Shown here in pieces: positions 50,996-59,218 of a stretch of DNA of 64,000 nucleotides (the first letter of the stretch is position 1; each line of letters opens with the position of its first letter). Position numbers and translations under genes: made by a program. Source of the DNA: an uncultured Hyphomicrobiales bacterium (GTDB lineage Bacteria > Bacteroidota > Ignavibacteria > Kapaibacteriales > UBA2268); assembly GCA_964498585.1 (NCBI GenBank), contig CAZCHH010000001.1:35513-99512 (forward strand). The letters run 5' to 3'. The notes beneath the pieces are model-generated. The model was not told the origin of the DNA. It was given only the letters and a program-made list of their open reading frames with translations, and did no database searches.

Positions 50996-52267
50996 ATGAA
51001 AATATCTGTTATCGGATTAGGTTATGTAGGGCTTCCACTCGCCTGTGCAATTGCAAGGGAAACAAAGCATATAGTAGTTGGCTTTGATTTATCCGTTGAA
51101 AAAATTGAACAAATAAAAAAAAGAGAGTGCCCAATTGATGATGAGCAGTGCAGTATCGACTTAAAAGAAGTTAATTTTGAATGTTCGAGTAATTCAGAAA
51201 TAATTAGCGGCTCTGATGTTTATATTGTTTGCGTTCCGACTCCGGTTTTAAATGACTATACTCCAGATTTGGAACCGGTAAAAACTGCTTCGAGCATTAT
51301 TTCGAAATATTTACAAAAGAATCAGGTGGTTGTAATTGAATCTACAATCAATCCGGGAGTTTGCGAAGAAGTAGTAAAACCAATATTGGAAGAAAATTCT
51401 GGTATGGTCGCAGGAGTTGACTTTGATATCGCTCATTGTCCGGAACGTATAAATCCCGGCGACCCTGTTTGGAATGTTTATAATATACCCAGAAATATCG
51501 GTTCAACTCGTAAAGAAACTACAAAAAAGCTGGCTGATTTTTACCGTAGTTTCATTTCTAATGAAGTTAATGAAATGCCAGATTTAAAGACAACTGAAGC
51601 TACAAAAATAATTGAAAATACTTTCCGCGATATTAACATTGCTTATGTAAATGAATTAGCAAAATCTTTTGATGTACTCGGTATTGATTTAGTTACCGTA
51701 ATAAAAGGTGCTTCTAACAAACCATTTGCATTTATGCCTCATTTCCCAAGCTGCGGTGTTGGTGGGCATTGTATCCCTGTTGACCCATATTACCTAATTG
51801 AAAGAGCTAAGAAAAGTGGTTTCGACCATAAATACTTAAAATTAGCCCGGGAAATTAATAATTCTATGCCTTTTTATACAATTGAACTATTGAGCATCGG
51901 TTTAAATGAATTTGAAAAATCAATTAAAGGAACAAAGATTGCATTGCTCGGTATGTCATACAAAGCAAATGTTGGTGATATTAGAGAAAGTCCTTCTATT
52001 AAAATTAAAGAACTGCTCAGTCGAAGTGGTGCTGATTTGATAATTTATGACCCATACTTCCCAGGAATAAACACTGTAAATAATTTAAATGATGCTTTAA
52101 AAAATACTTTTGCCATTATAATTGCTACTGACCATAAGGAATTTTTGAATATTGATTCAGAGATTCTAAAAAATACTAATGTTAAAGTAGTTATTGACGG
52201 CAAAAATTGCTTAAATAAAGCAGATTTAAAAGCTGAGGGATTTTATTATAAAGGAATAGGACATTGA
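50996..52267 (+). CDS. Nucleotide-sugar dehydrogenase of the UDP-glucose/GDP-mannose dehydrogenase family (WecC/UDP-ManNAc- or UDP-GlcNAc-dehydrogenase-like).
   Basis: N-terminal Rossmann motif MKISVIGLGYVGLPLA; catalytic Cys context PHFPSCGVGGHCIPVDP; ~420 aa. Confidence 0.8.
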   Translation: MKISVIGLGYVGLPLACAIARETKHIVVGFDLSVEKIEQIKKRECPIDDEQCSIDLKEVNFECSSNSEIISGSDVYIVCVPTPVLNDYTPDLEPVKTASSIISKYLQKNQVVVIESTINPGVCEEVVKPILEENSGMVAGVDFDIAHCPERINPGDPVWNVYNIPRNIGSTRKETTKKLADFYRSFISNEVNEMPDLKTTEATKIIENTFRDINIAYVNELAKSFDVLGIDLVTVIKGASNKPFAFMPHFPSCGVGGHCIPVDPYYLIERAKKSGFDHKYLKLAREINNSMPFYTIELLSIGLNEFEKSIKGTKIALLGMSYKANVGDIRESPSIKIKELLSRSGADLIIYDPYFPGINTVNNLNDALKNTFAIIIATDHKEFLNIDSEILKNTNVKVVIDGKNCLNKADLKAEGFYYKGIGH

Positions 52268-52318
52268 TAAATGATAATTAATAAATGATAATTAATAAAT
52301 GATAATTGATAATGAATA
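52264..52318. repeat. Short tandem repeat, ~14-bp unit x ~4 (aataaatgataatt).
   Basis: Direct reading of cattgataaatgataattaataaatgataattaataaatgataattgataatgaataatta. Confidence 0.7.
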
Positions 52319-52402
52319 ATTAAGCTATTAGTGGTTATTATTATCTAATTTTTATAGATTATTACAGAAATTTTGATTTAAGATGTTATGACGTCAAGAT
52401 AT

Positions 52403-52445
52403 AAGAGCCATACTATCATTTTATAGATTGTATGGCTCTTTTATA
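52403..52445 (+). terminator. Putative terminator hairpin between the convergent dehydrogenase and pirin genes.
   Basis: 10-bp stem aagagccata/tatggctctt followed by ttat. Confidence 0.45.
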
Positions 52446-52475
52446 AATTAAATTCTTAACATATACAAAGCAAAA

Positions 52476-53354
52476 TTAGTCTTCTAAAAATCCAAATACA
52501 CCTTTTTGATAATCTTCGTAAGCTTGGATTATTTCTGCTTCAGTATTCATTAGAAAAGGTCCGTAAGGAAATAATTCTTCATTTATCGGTTCACCGCTCA
52601 TCACTAAAACAGTTGATTTTTCAATTGATTCAATTTCAATATCATTGGCTTTATTTTCGAATAAAACGAACTGGTCTGTGTTTGCAGTTTCAGAATTATT
52701 TATTTTAACATTTCCTTCAATTATTAAAATGCCAGTATTGTGATTTTCATCGAAATTAAAATTAATTCTTGCATTTTCTTCTAATTTTACATCAAATAAA
52801 TTTATTGGAGTAAAAGAATACGCAGGTCCCTTAACCGATTTGTATTCACCTGCAATTATATTGACTAAGCCACTATTATTATCTAAAATACATTTTCCCA
52901 TCAATGAATTTGGGATTTCCTGATATTTTGGTTCAGTCATTTTAAATTTTGCAGGTAAGTTAACCCAGAGCTGCACCATTTGGAAATCACCTCCTTTTTC
53001 TACATAGCTGTTTTCGTGGTATTCTTTATGTAAAATTGCTTTTCCGGCAGTCATCCATTGAACATCACCCTGTGAAATAACTCCCCCGTTTCCTGCGCTA
53101 TCGTGATGAGCAATCTTACCGTGATATGCTATTGTAACGGTTTCCAGACCTCTGTGTGGATGCACTCCTACTCCTCTTTTCTCATTAGATGGTGGATAAG
53201 TCATTTTTGCATTATAATCAAGCAAAAAGAATGGACTCATACGATAGCTTGATTTCAAAGCGCGTGGAAAAAAATTATGTACTCTAAATCCATTGCCAAC
53301 CCAATGATATGGAGGAGGATTTAGTATCAGTTCTATTGGTTTGTAGTTCGGCAT
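52476..53354 (-). CDS. Pirin-family cupin protein.
   Basis: N-terminal ..FPRALKSSYRMSPFFLLDY and the metal-binding HPHRGLETVTIAYHG signature of pirins. Confidence 0.85.
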   Translation of the reverse strand: MPNYKPIELILNPPPYHWVGNGFRVHNFFPRALKSSYRMSPFFLLDYNAKMTYPPSNEKRGVGVHPHRGLETVTIAYHGKIAHHDSAGNGGVISQGDVQWMTAGKAILHKEYHENSYVEKGGDFQMVQLWVNLPAKFKMTEPKYQEIPNSLMGKCILDNNSGLVNIIAGEYKSVKGPAYSFTPINLFDVKLEENARINFNFDENHNTGILIIEGNVKINNSETANTDQFVLFENKANDIEIESIEKSTVLVMSGEPINEELFPYGPFLMNTEAEIIQAYEDYQKGVFGFLED

Positions 53355-53548
53355 ATTTATTTATTATTAATTTGAATTTAAATATATTGATAAAACGTTA
53401 TAGTTCAATTATTATTTGTATATTACATTCAATATAATATATCACATCAAAATTTGAATAATTAAATTCACAAATATTTTATACGAATTATTGCATATTT
53501 TATATTTTGTAAGTATTTTTGTTAAAGTAGTATTAATTTTTTTAAAAA

Positions 53549-53818
53549 ATGAAAAAAGTAAAAATAATAGTTAAAGGTTTTGTTCAGGGGGTCGGATTCC
53601 GTTATTTTATCTATCGGAACGCACAGGCACTGAATTTATCCGGCTATGCAAAAAACCTTATAAATGGTAATGTTGAGGTATTATTAGAAGGAGATGATAA
53701 TAATGTTGATGAAATGATAAGTATCCTAAAGCAAGGACCTTCACGTTCTATTGTAAATTCAATTGAATTGGACTATAGTGATTTTAAGGGAGAGTATATC
53801 GGCTTCAGTATTCTTTAA
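53549..53818 (+). CDS. acyP: Acylphosphatase.
   Basis: VKGFVQGVGFRYF...GYAKNLINGNVEV, the acylphosphatase signatures. Confidence 0.85.
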   Translation: MKKVKIIVKGFVQGVGFRYFIYRNAQALNLSGYAKNLINGNVEVLLEGDDNNVDEMISILKQGPSRSIVNSIELDYSDFKGEYIGFSIL

Positions 53819-53850
53819 TTTTTTTTAATTTCTATTATTTACTTTTTTTT

Positions 53851-53880
53851 CCTCCTTCCCAAGTTGCTCTTGGGAAGGCA
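53851..53880. repeat. Second copy of the ccttcccaag-ttgNt-cttgggaagg hairpin (cf. 39508..39538).
   Basis: Direct comparison; 10-bp perfect stem. Confidence 0.55.
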
Positions 53881-53925
53881 ACTTTCACTAAAGCTATGCT
53901 TTTACTCATCATTCAAAAAAAATAT

Positions 53926-54347
53926 ATGAAAAATCCAATTTATCCATTCTTGTGGTTTGATGGACAAGCTAAAGAAGCAGCAGAATATTACTGCTTAATT
54001 TTAAGCATTCTAATATTTTAGAAGAAAGCCCTGTTGTTATTTCTTTTGAAATAAATAGCAATAAGTTTGTGGCTCTTAATGGGAGAAGCAAAAATAAATT
54101 CAATGAATCAATTTCTTTTGTTGTAGAATGCATTGACCAAGAAGAAATTGATTATTATTGGAGTTAATTTTGTGATGGTGATAAAGAAAGTTACTGTGGC
54201 TGGCTTAAAGATAAATTTGGTATTTCCTGGCAGATTATACCAGCTATTTTATCAGATTTAATGAAAGATTCTGAGAAAGCAGATAGGATTTTTAAATTTA
54301 TGTCAAACATTAGAAAATTTCATATTGACGATTTATTGAATGTATAA
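53926..54347 (+). pseudogene. PhnB-like / VOC (glyoxalase-bleomycin resistance) family gene disrupted by a -1 frameshift near 53990..54000 and an in-frame TAA at 54165..54167.
   Basis: Frame 1 reads MKNPIYPFLWFDGQAKEAAEYYCLI.. then stops at 54019. The -1 frame continues FKHSNILEESPVVISFEINSNKFVALNGRSKNKFNESISFVVECIDQEEIDYYWS-TAA-FCDGDKESYCGWLKDKFGISWQIIPAILSDLMKD..., collinear with PhnB-like proteins (PFLWFDGQAEEA..., CGWLKDKFGVSWQI). Confidence 0.7.
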
Positions 54348-54498
54348 TCTTATAATTTCAAAACTCCTTGCCAAATCACAAAATTAAGGATTTAGAAAGA
54401 TTACATCCATTTGACATTTTCGCAGATAATTAATTACCAGTTAATTTTTTCTTTGTTATTTAAATAGTTATTTACAAATTAATTAATCAACTTACTTA

Positions 54499-55368
54499 AT
54501 GAAATACTTATTATTATTCATATTATCAACAAATTTAGCTTTTTCAGAGTACTCAATCAAAACTATTGATACTGTATATAGTTTCAGTCCCGGAGAAGGA
54601 CAAAACTTCGGACAATCAAGCGAGTTTTACCCAAAAAATGTTTTTGGATTTCCAGATACAAATGCAACAATAAACATTCCTTCAGCTAATGAAATCCAGA
54701 TATTATCTTTGGGATTTGGTGGAGAAATAACAATAGGAATTAAAAATACGAAAATACTTAATGGCGAAGGTATTGATTTTACAATATTTGAAAATGTATT
54801 TTTAAATCCTGCAATAAATAAATATTTTGTTGAACCGGCTAAAGTTGCTGTGAGTAAAGATGGCATCAACTATTTTGAGTTTCCTTTCGATTCTACTACC
54901 CTTGATGGTTGCGCTGGTACTTTCCCGACAGTTGGAAAAGCAAACCCGTTTACTCCTGCAAATTGTGGAGGAAATGGTTTCGATATAGAAGATTTAGGGC
55001 TTGATTATATTACTCATATAAAAATTACTGATATTTCAAAAATTGTTTTCGAAAATCCTTCTCATATTTATTATGATGTTACTATTTCCGGATTTGATTT
55101 AGATGCAGTAGTTGCATGGTTTACTGAGGATATTATTAACTCTGTCAGCGATTTGAAATTTTCAGATTATTTTAAAGTATATTCAGATTATATTGAAATT
55201 TCTGCAAATATTTATAATAAAGATAATAATATTTCTATTTATAATCTTTTGGGAAATATTGTTTTAAATGAAAACAGCAATTCAAGAATAATAAATATTT
55301 CAAATTTAAATACTGGAATATATTTTTTGAGAATTAATTATGAATTATTTAAATTTATAAAATATTAG
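54499..55368 (+). CDS. Secreted protein of unknown function with a T9SS-like C-terminal domain.
   Basis: Signal peptide MKYLLLFILSTNLAFS; C-terminal ISIYNLLGNIVLNENSNSRIINISNLNTGIYFLRI resembles the Por_Secre_tail. Confidence 0.55.
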   Translation: MKYLLLFILSTNLAFSEYSIKTIDTVYSFSPGEGQNFGQSSEFYPKNVFGFPDTNATINIPSANEIQILSLGFGGEITIGIKNTKILNGEGIDFTIFENVFLNPAINKYFVEPAKVAVSKDGINYFEFPFDSTTLDGCAGTFPTVGKANPFTPANCGGNGFDIEDLGLDYITHIKITDISKIVFENPSHIYYDVTISGFDLDAVVAWFTEDIINSVSDLKFSDYFKVYSDYIEISANIYNKDNNISIYNLLGNIVLNENSNSRIINISNLNTGIYFLRINYELFKFIKY

Positions 55369-55693
55369 ACAATTTTATTATATAAAAAGAATAAGGAATA
55401 TTAACAATTCTATTAATACTTAAGATTAAAGAATTCAATAAATTGTAAATCTGAATTTAGATAAAGCATTTGAGATACCTATCTTCGTTTCTGATTGACA
55501 GACAAAATTGGATTTATAAAATAACTTTTTAATAAAAAGTTATTGCTTTTCTATATAATTACTTATAATTAATATATCTTTATCTAAACTACTAATATAA
55601 TTGAGAAAAACAAAAAATTTATAAATATTATTTTGAAATTACAAAATAATTATATAATTTTGTAATTCTAAAATATATTAGAAAGAAAAAAAA

Positions 55694-55867
55694 ATGGCAA
55701 AACAACAAACTTTTGGCGACAAATTAAAAAAGAAAAAACAATCAAACCTTGGATTGAATGTAAAAGTAATAAAAGGAATGAACACAGACAAAGGTTCATT
55801 ATTTTATCTTGAGCGTTTTGTCAAGGTAAAAGATGCTTCTGAAATTGAAAAAATTGACATATCATAA
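55694..55867 (+). CDS. Small basic protein (57 aa), possibly DUF4295-like, just upstream of rpmE. Not in the supplied ORF track because it is shorter than 60 aa.
   Basis: MAKQQTFGDKLKKKKQSNLGLNVKVIKGMNTDKGSFFYLERFVKVKDASEIEKIDIS; resembles the ~50-aa DUF4295 proteins (MAK..., ..IKMVKSPKTGAYTF.E) that sit next to ribosomal-protein genes in Bacteroidota. The family assignment is from memory. Confidence 0.4.
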   Translation: MAKQQTFGDKLKKKKQSNLGLNVKVIKGMNTDKGSLFYLERFVKVKDASEIEKIDIS

Positions 55868-55878
55868 TAAGGGTAAAA

Positions 55879-56115
55879 ATGAAAAAAGGAATTCATCCAT
55901 ATTATCATACAGTCGAAATAGTTATGACTGATGGTTCATCATTTAAAACACGTTCCTGTTATAAAGCAGACAAAATGGTTCTTGACATTGACTCTAAATC
56001 TCATCCATTTTTTACAGGTAAACAAGTATTGGTAGATACTGCAGGTAGAGTAGATAGATTTAAGAAACGCTTCGAAAAAACACAACAAATTAGAGAAATA
56101 AGGAGTAAAGTATGA
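55879..56115 (+). CDS. rpmE: 50S ribosomal protein L31 (type B, non-zinc form).
   Basis: MKKGIHPYYHTVEIVMTDGSSFKTRSCYKAD...HPFFTGKQVLVDTAGRVDRFKKRF. Confidence 0.9.
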   Translation: MKKGIHPYYHTVEIVMTDGSSFKTRSCYKADKMVLDIDSKSHPFFTGKQVLVDTAGRVDRFKKRFEKTQQIREIRSKV

Positions 56116-56384
56116 TTCAGAGCAGTATTCACCCAATGCAAACAGGAAATACTTTCCGACCCAATAAGAAAACAATTAAAAAGAAACATAATCCTTTAAG
56201 ACAATCTCGCGTTATTGATTATCTTAATCCAAAATTTCTTGGTAGATTCACTAACGACCAGGGAAAAATTTTACCGAGAAGGATTACTGGGCTTTCTGCA
56301 TATCAGCAAAGACAAATAGCAAAGGCAATTCGATTCGCAAGACATCTTGCTCTTATTCCTTTTGTTGCTCAAGATGTTTCTTAA
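56112..56384 (+). CDS. rpsR: 30S ribosomal protein S18, translationally coupled to rpmE (ATGA overlap).
   Basis: ..GKILPRRITGLSAYQQRQIAKAIRFARHLALIPFV matches the S18 core (ITG.SAK.QR.LA.AIKRAR.L.LLPY). Confidence 0.85.
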   Translation: MIQSSIHPMQTGNTFRPNKKTIKKKHNPLRQSRVIDYLNPKFLGRFTNDQGKILPRRITGLSAYQQRQIAKAIRFARHLALIPFVAQDVS

Positions 56385-56406
56385 TAAATTTAAAAATATC
56401 TTTTAA

Positions 56407-56444
56407 AAAGTCCAATTTGTAATCTGAATTGGACTTTTTTTTTA
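56407..56444 (+). terminator. Intrinsic terminator after rpsR.
   Basis: aaagtccaatt-tgtaatctg-aattggacttttttttt: an 11-bp stem followed by a T9 tract. Confidence 0.75.
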
Positions 56445-56581
56445 ATTCTAATTTCATTAATGCATCTGTTCATTAGAGGAATACAATCATCATTAGTATT
56501 ATTCGCATTAACATTGATAAAAAATGTAAAATCAGATGGCTTTGAAGTATAAATTCCCTTTTTAATCTCCAAAAAAATCCC

Positions 56582-56589
56582 TAATTTTG
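56582..56589 (+). promoter_or_regulatory. -7 promoter element TAATTTTG (Bacteroidota TAnnTTTG type) that places the TSS at the first nucleotides of the fluoride riboswitch.
   Basis: Consensus match 8..14 nt upstream of the aptamer 5-prime end; no canonically spaced -33 TTTG was found, so confidence is moderate. Confidence 0.4.
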
Positions 56590-56595
56590 TAAATG

Positions 56596-56668
56596 AAAAG
56601 GTGATGGGGTTCGCCTTAACCGTCAAAATGACTAATAACTCCTACTACGATTTTTTTTATTTCTGGGA
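56596..56668 (+). promoter_or_regulatory. Fluoride riboswitch (crcB RNA motif) plus expression platform, upstream of crcB.
   Basis: AGGUGAUGGGGUUCGCCUUAACCGUC..CUAAUAACUCCUAC aligns with the B. cereus / T. petrophila crcB aptamers (GGCGAUGGnGUUCGCC..AAAC.GC..CUAAUGACUCCUAC). The downstream GGGAG (56663..56667) can pair with the aptamer 3-prime segment AACUCC. Confidence 0.8.
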
Positions 56669-56675
56669 GTATTCT

Positions 56676-57059
56676 TTGTTTAAACAAGTATTAATTGTAG
56701 GTATTGCTGGTCTTATTGGCACCGTTTCAAGATTTCTTTCCAATCACATAATTCATAAATATTTTATAACAAGTTTTCCGATTGGCTCTTTGTTAGTTAA
56801 TCTGATTGGTTGCTTCCTAATTGGCTTTTTCCTTGGGCTTTTCGAAAAGGGAAACCTGGTTTCTGCTGATTTAAAGCTATTTCTTACTGTCGGTTTTTGT
56901 GGTGGTTTCACAACCTTTTCTACTTTTTCTAATGATTCAATCAATCTTTACAATAATTCCGATTTTCTTAATCTTATGATGTATATTGGTGCAAGTATTT
57001 TTGCCGGAATTTTTATGACTTTTCTTGGTAAATTGAGTATTGACTGGATTTTAAAATAA
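56676..57059 (+). CDS. crcB: Fluoride ion channel CrcB/Fluc. Start reassigned to the TTG at 56676 with a GGGAG Shine-Dalgarno sequence, because the ORF-track GTG start lies inside the riboswitch aptamer.
   Basis: LFKQVLIVGIAGLIGTVSRF..FPIGSLLVNLIGCFLIGFF...GFCGGFTTFSTFS, a four-TM CrcB pattern of ~127 aa. Confidence 0.8.
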   Translation: MFKQVLIVGIAGLIGTVSRFLSNHIIHKYFITSFPIGSLLVNLIGCFLIGFFLGLFEKGNLVSADLKLFLTVGFCGGFTTFSTFSNDSINLYNNSDFLNLMMYIGASIFAGIFMTFLGKLSIDWILK

Positions 57060-57066
57060 ATAAACT

Positions 57067-58692
57067 ATGCAAATAATAGAAAAAATAAATATTAAAGAAT
57101 TAAATGGATTTTCTAAAATTTTTAATGATTTTGTTAATAATTATGAATTCATTAAAAACAGATTTCCAAATAATCAAAATTTAAATAGTAATTTTTTAAA
57201 TGTAAAAGCAAATTCATTTAAAAATAGGAATAAACTCATTGATATTATAAAACAATCAATGAATTGCATATCGCTTTCTGAAAAGCAAAATATTAATTTA
57301 GAAAAAATTGAACAAAACAATACATTAACGGTTACAACTGGGCAACAGGTCGGATTCCTTGGCGGTTCGTTATATACTTTTTTGAAAATCAGCAGTGCAA
57401 TAAGCTATTCAAAAAAATTAAAAGAAAATCACGCTGATTATAATTTTATACCAGTTTTTTGGATTGAAGATAACGACCACGATATGCTCGAAGCATCGCT
57501 GGCAGTTTTATTAGATAAAGCATATAATTTAAAACATTTCTTTTGTTCTGATGATTTAAGCAAAGAAGACATTACTCCAGTTTCAGAAAAGGTCTTTAAT
57601 CAAAGCATAGTAGCAATTATTCAGAATATTTCTTATGTTTTAAAGGATTTGCCTTATTTTCATGAAATAAAAGAAAATATAGAAAAATTTTATCAAGAAG
57701 GAAATCCATGGACTGAAGCGTTTATTAAGTTGCTTCAAGAGTTTTTTGCTGAATCCGGCATTCTGTTTCTTCGCGCATCTGTTGCAAGAAAATCCGGTGC
57801 TTTTGCTGAAGTAATTAAAAAGGAGCTATCTGAAATTGGATTTTCTCACAAAATAATTGAAAAAGGAAATGCAAAATTACTTGAAAACGGTTACAAATTG
57901 CAAGCACGCTCATTTATTTTAAATCTTTTTTATCATCAGGGCGATAATAGACACAAAATAAGATTTAATGCAGATTTGAATACTTTTCAGTTTGAAGATA
58001 AAAATTTAAATTTGACCGAGTTGCAGGATTTATCTGCAAAGTATCCGGAAAACTTTTCACCAAGCGTTCTTTTAAGAAATATCTGTCAGGATTACATTTT
58101 GCCAAACGTTGCTTATATCGGAGGACCGAGCGAGCTTAGTTATTCAGCTCAGCTTCCTGAACTCTACTCTGCTTTTCAAATTGATATGCCAGCTTTTATT
58201 CCAAGGCACTTTGCAAGTTTTCTAAATTTAAATTTATTGAGGAAAATTGAGAAGTATAATCTAAATCCGTCTTTTTTTATGAAAAACTGGACAGATGTTG
58301 AAAAGGAAATTAAGCAACAATTTAGCAATAATCAGGTTATTTCTGAATTAAATTCAATAAGTGAAAATCTTGAAGAAAAATTTGAAGAATTAAAAAAAGA
58401 AATTGGAGAAATCGAAAGTTCATTAATCAATTCAAGTGGAGTAGCACTTCATCAAATCCAAAAAAGTATAGAAGAATTAAAGAAAAAAACTCAAAATGCA
58501 ATTCTAAAAAAATCTGAACTAATTAACGATACATATAAAAAGATTTCAAATTTCTTATATCCAGAAAACACATTTCAGGAACGAATGATTTCACCACTTT
58601 ATTTTGCTTGCATTTATGGCAGAGAAAAATTCAAATATTTATTGAGTGAAATAGCTAAAGAAGATGAGGTTTGCCATCAGATTGTATGTTAG
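57067..58692 (+). CDS. bshC: Bacillithiol biosynthesis cysteine-adding enzyme BshC.
   Basis: VTTGQQVGFLGGSLYTFLKISSAISYSKKLKE...FIPVFWIEDNDHD matches the BshC N-terminal signature (TGQQ.GL..GPLYT..K...AI.LA.....VPVFW...EDHD); ~540 aa with a coiled-coil C-terminus. Confidence 0.8.
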   Translation: MQIIEKINIKELNGFSKIFNDFVNNYEFIKNRFPNNQNLNSNFLNVKANSFKNRNKLIDIIKQSMNCISLSEKQNINLEKIEQNNTLTVTTGQQVGFLGGSLYTFLKISSAISYSKKLKENHADYNFIPVFWIEDNDHDMLEASLAVLLDKAYNLKHFFCSDDLSKEDITPVSEKVFNQSIVAIIQNISYVLKDLPYFHEIKENIEKFYQEGNPWTEAFIKLLQEFFAESGILFLRASVARKSGAFAEVIKKELSEIGFSHKIIEKGNAKLLENGYKLQARSFILNLFYHQGDNRHKIRFNADLNTFQFEDKNLNLTELQDLSAKYPENFSPSVLLRNICQDYILPNVAYIGGPSELSYSAQLPELYSAFQIDMPAFIPRHFASFLNLNLLRKIEKYNLNPSFFMKNWTDVEKEIKQQFSNNQVISELNSISENLEEKFEELKKEIGEIESSLINSSGVALHQIQKSIEELKKKTQNAILKKSELINDTYKKISNFLYPENTFQERMISPLYFACIYGREKFKYLLSEIAKEDEVCHQIVC

Positions 58693-58715
58693 ACAGAATA
58701 AACAACTGCATAACT

Positions 58716-58840
58716 TAAGATCTCCATATCCTCGTAGTTTGTTATTCCGCATACTTCTTATTCTGAAGCGTAGCAAAGAATCTCACAACTACTTGTTACC
58801 ACAGAGCTTGAGATTCTTCGTTGCGCTCAGAATGAAAACT
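58716..58840. repeat. Intergenic repeat of the GAATCTCA.AACTA.TTGTTA.CA.AGA.CTTGAGATTCTTCG.TGCGCTC.GAATGA family. The spurious ORF 58664..58855 lies on it.
   Basis: 58758..58838 is ~85 percent identical to 2055..2120. Confidence 0.65.
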
Positions 58841-59218
58841 TTTTGCGATAATTAGCAAAATTCAGAACTACTTGCTCCATAAGGAAAATAAAGTAGTTAA
58901 GAGATTTGCCTTGTAAAGAATGATTTCGCTTTTTTCTGCTAAATAAATTTTGGTGTTACTCTAATTATTAGAATAACTCCCAAATTTATTTAAGAGAGAA
59001 ATGGTTATCTTTTTATTTAGAATAATTATTGAATTTCAGAATTATATTTATTACGAAATAAAAACTACGAAGGTGCAGGAGTTATGAATCTATTTTATTC
59101 AAGTTACATTGCTCATATAGGAAAATGCGTAAATTGAATTATTAATTTATTTCCTTTTTATCAACATTAAATTAGAAAAAATCTTAATTTTGTTTTTATA
59201 TTTTTAATATTGGAATAA

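Noticed and set aside
53926-54347. Alternative genetic code (TAA read through) to explain the in-frame stop in the PhnB-like gene.
   Set aside because: All other long genes in the window use TAA/TAG/TGA as stops with no internal stops, and the same gene also carries a frameshift. Pseudogenisation is the simpler explanation.
56390-56626. Minus-strand ORF 56390..56626.
   Set aside because: It overlaps the rpsR terminator and the riboswitch and has no features.
56601-56675. GTG/ATG start of ORF 56601..57059 (MMGFALTVKMTNNS...).
   Set aside because: These codons lie inside the fluoride riboswitch aptamer. The CrcB protein proper begins at the TTG at 56676 behind a GGGAG ribosome-binding site.
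58664-58855. ORF 58664..58855.
   Set aside because: It sits on a dispersed repeat (58758..58838) and is homologous at the DNA level to non-coding copies elsewhere.
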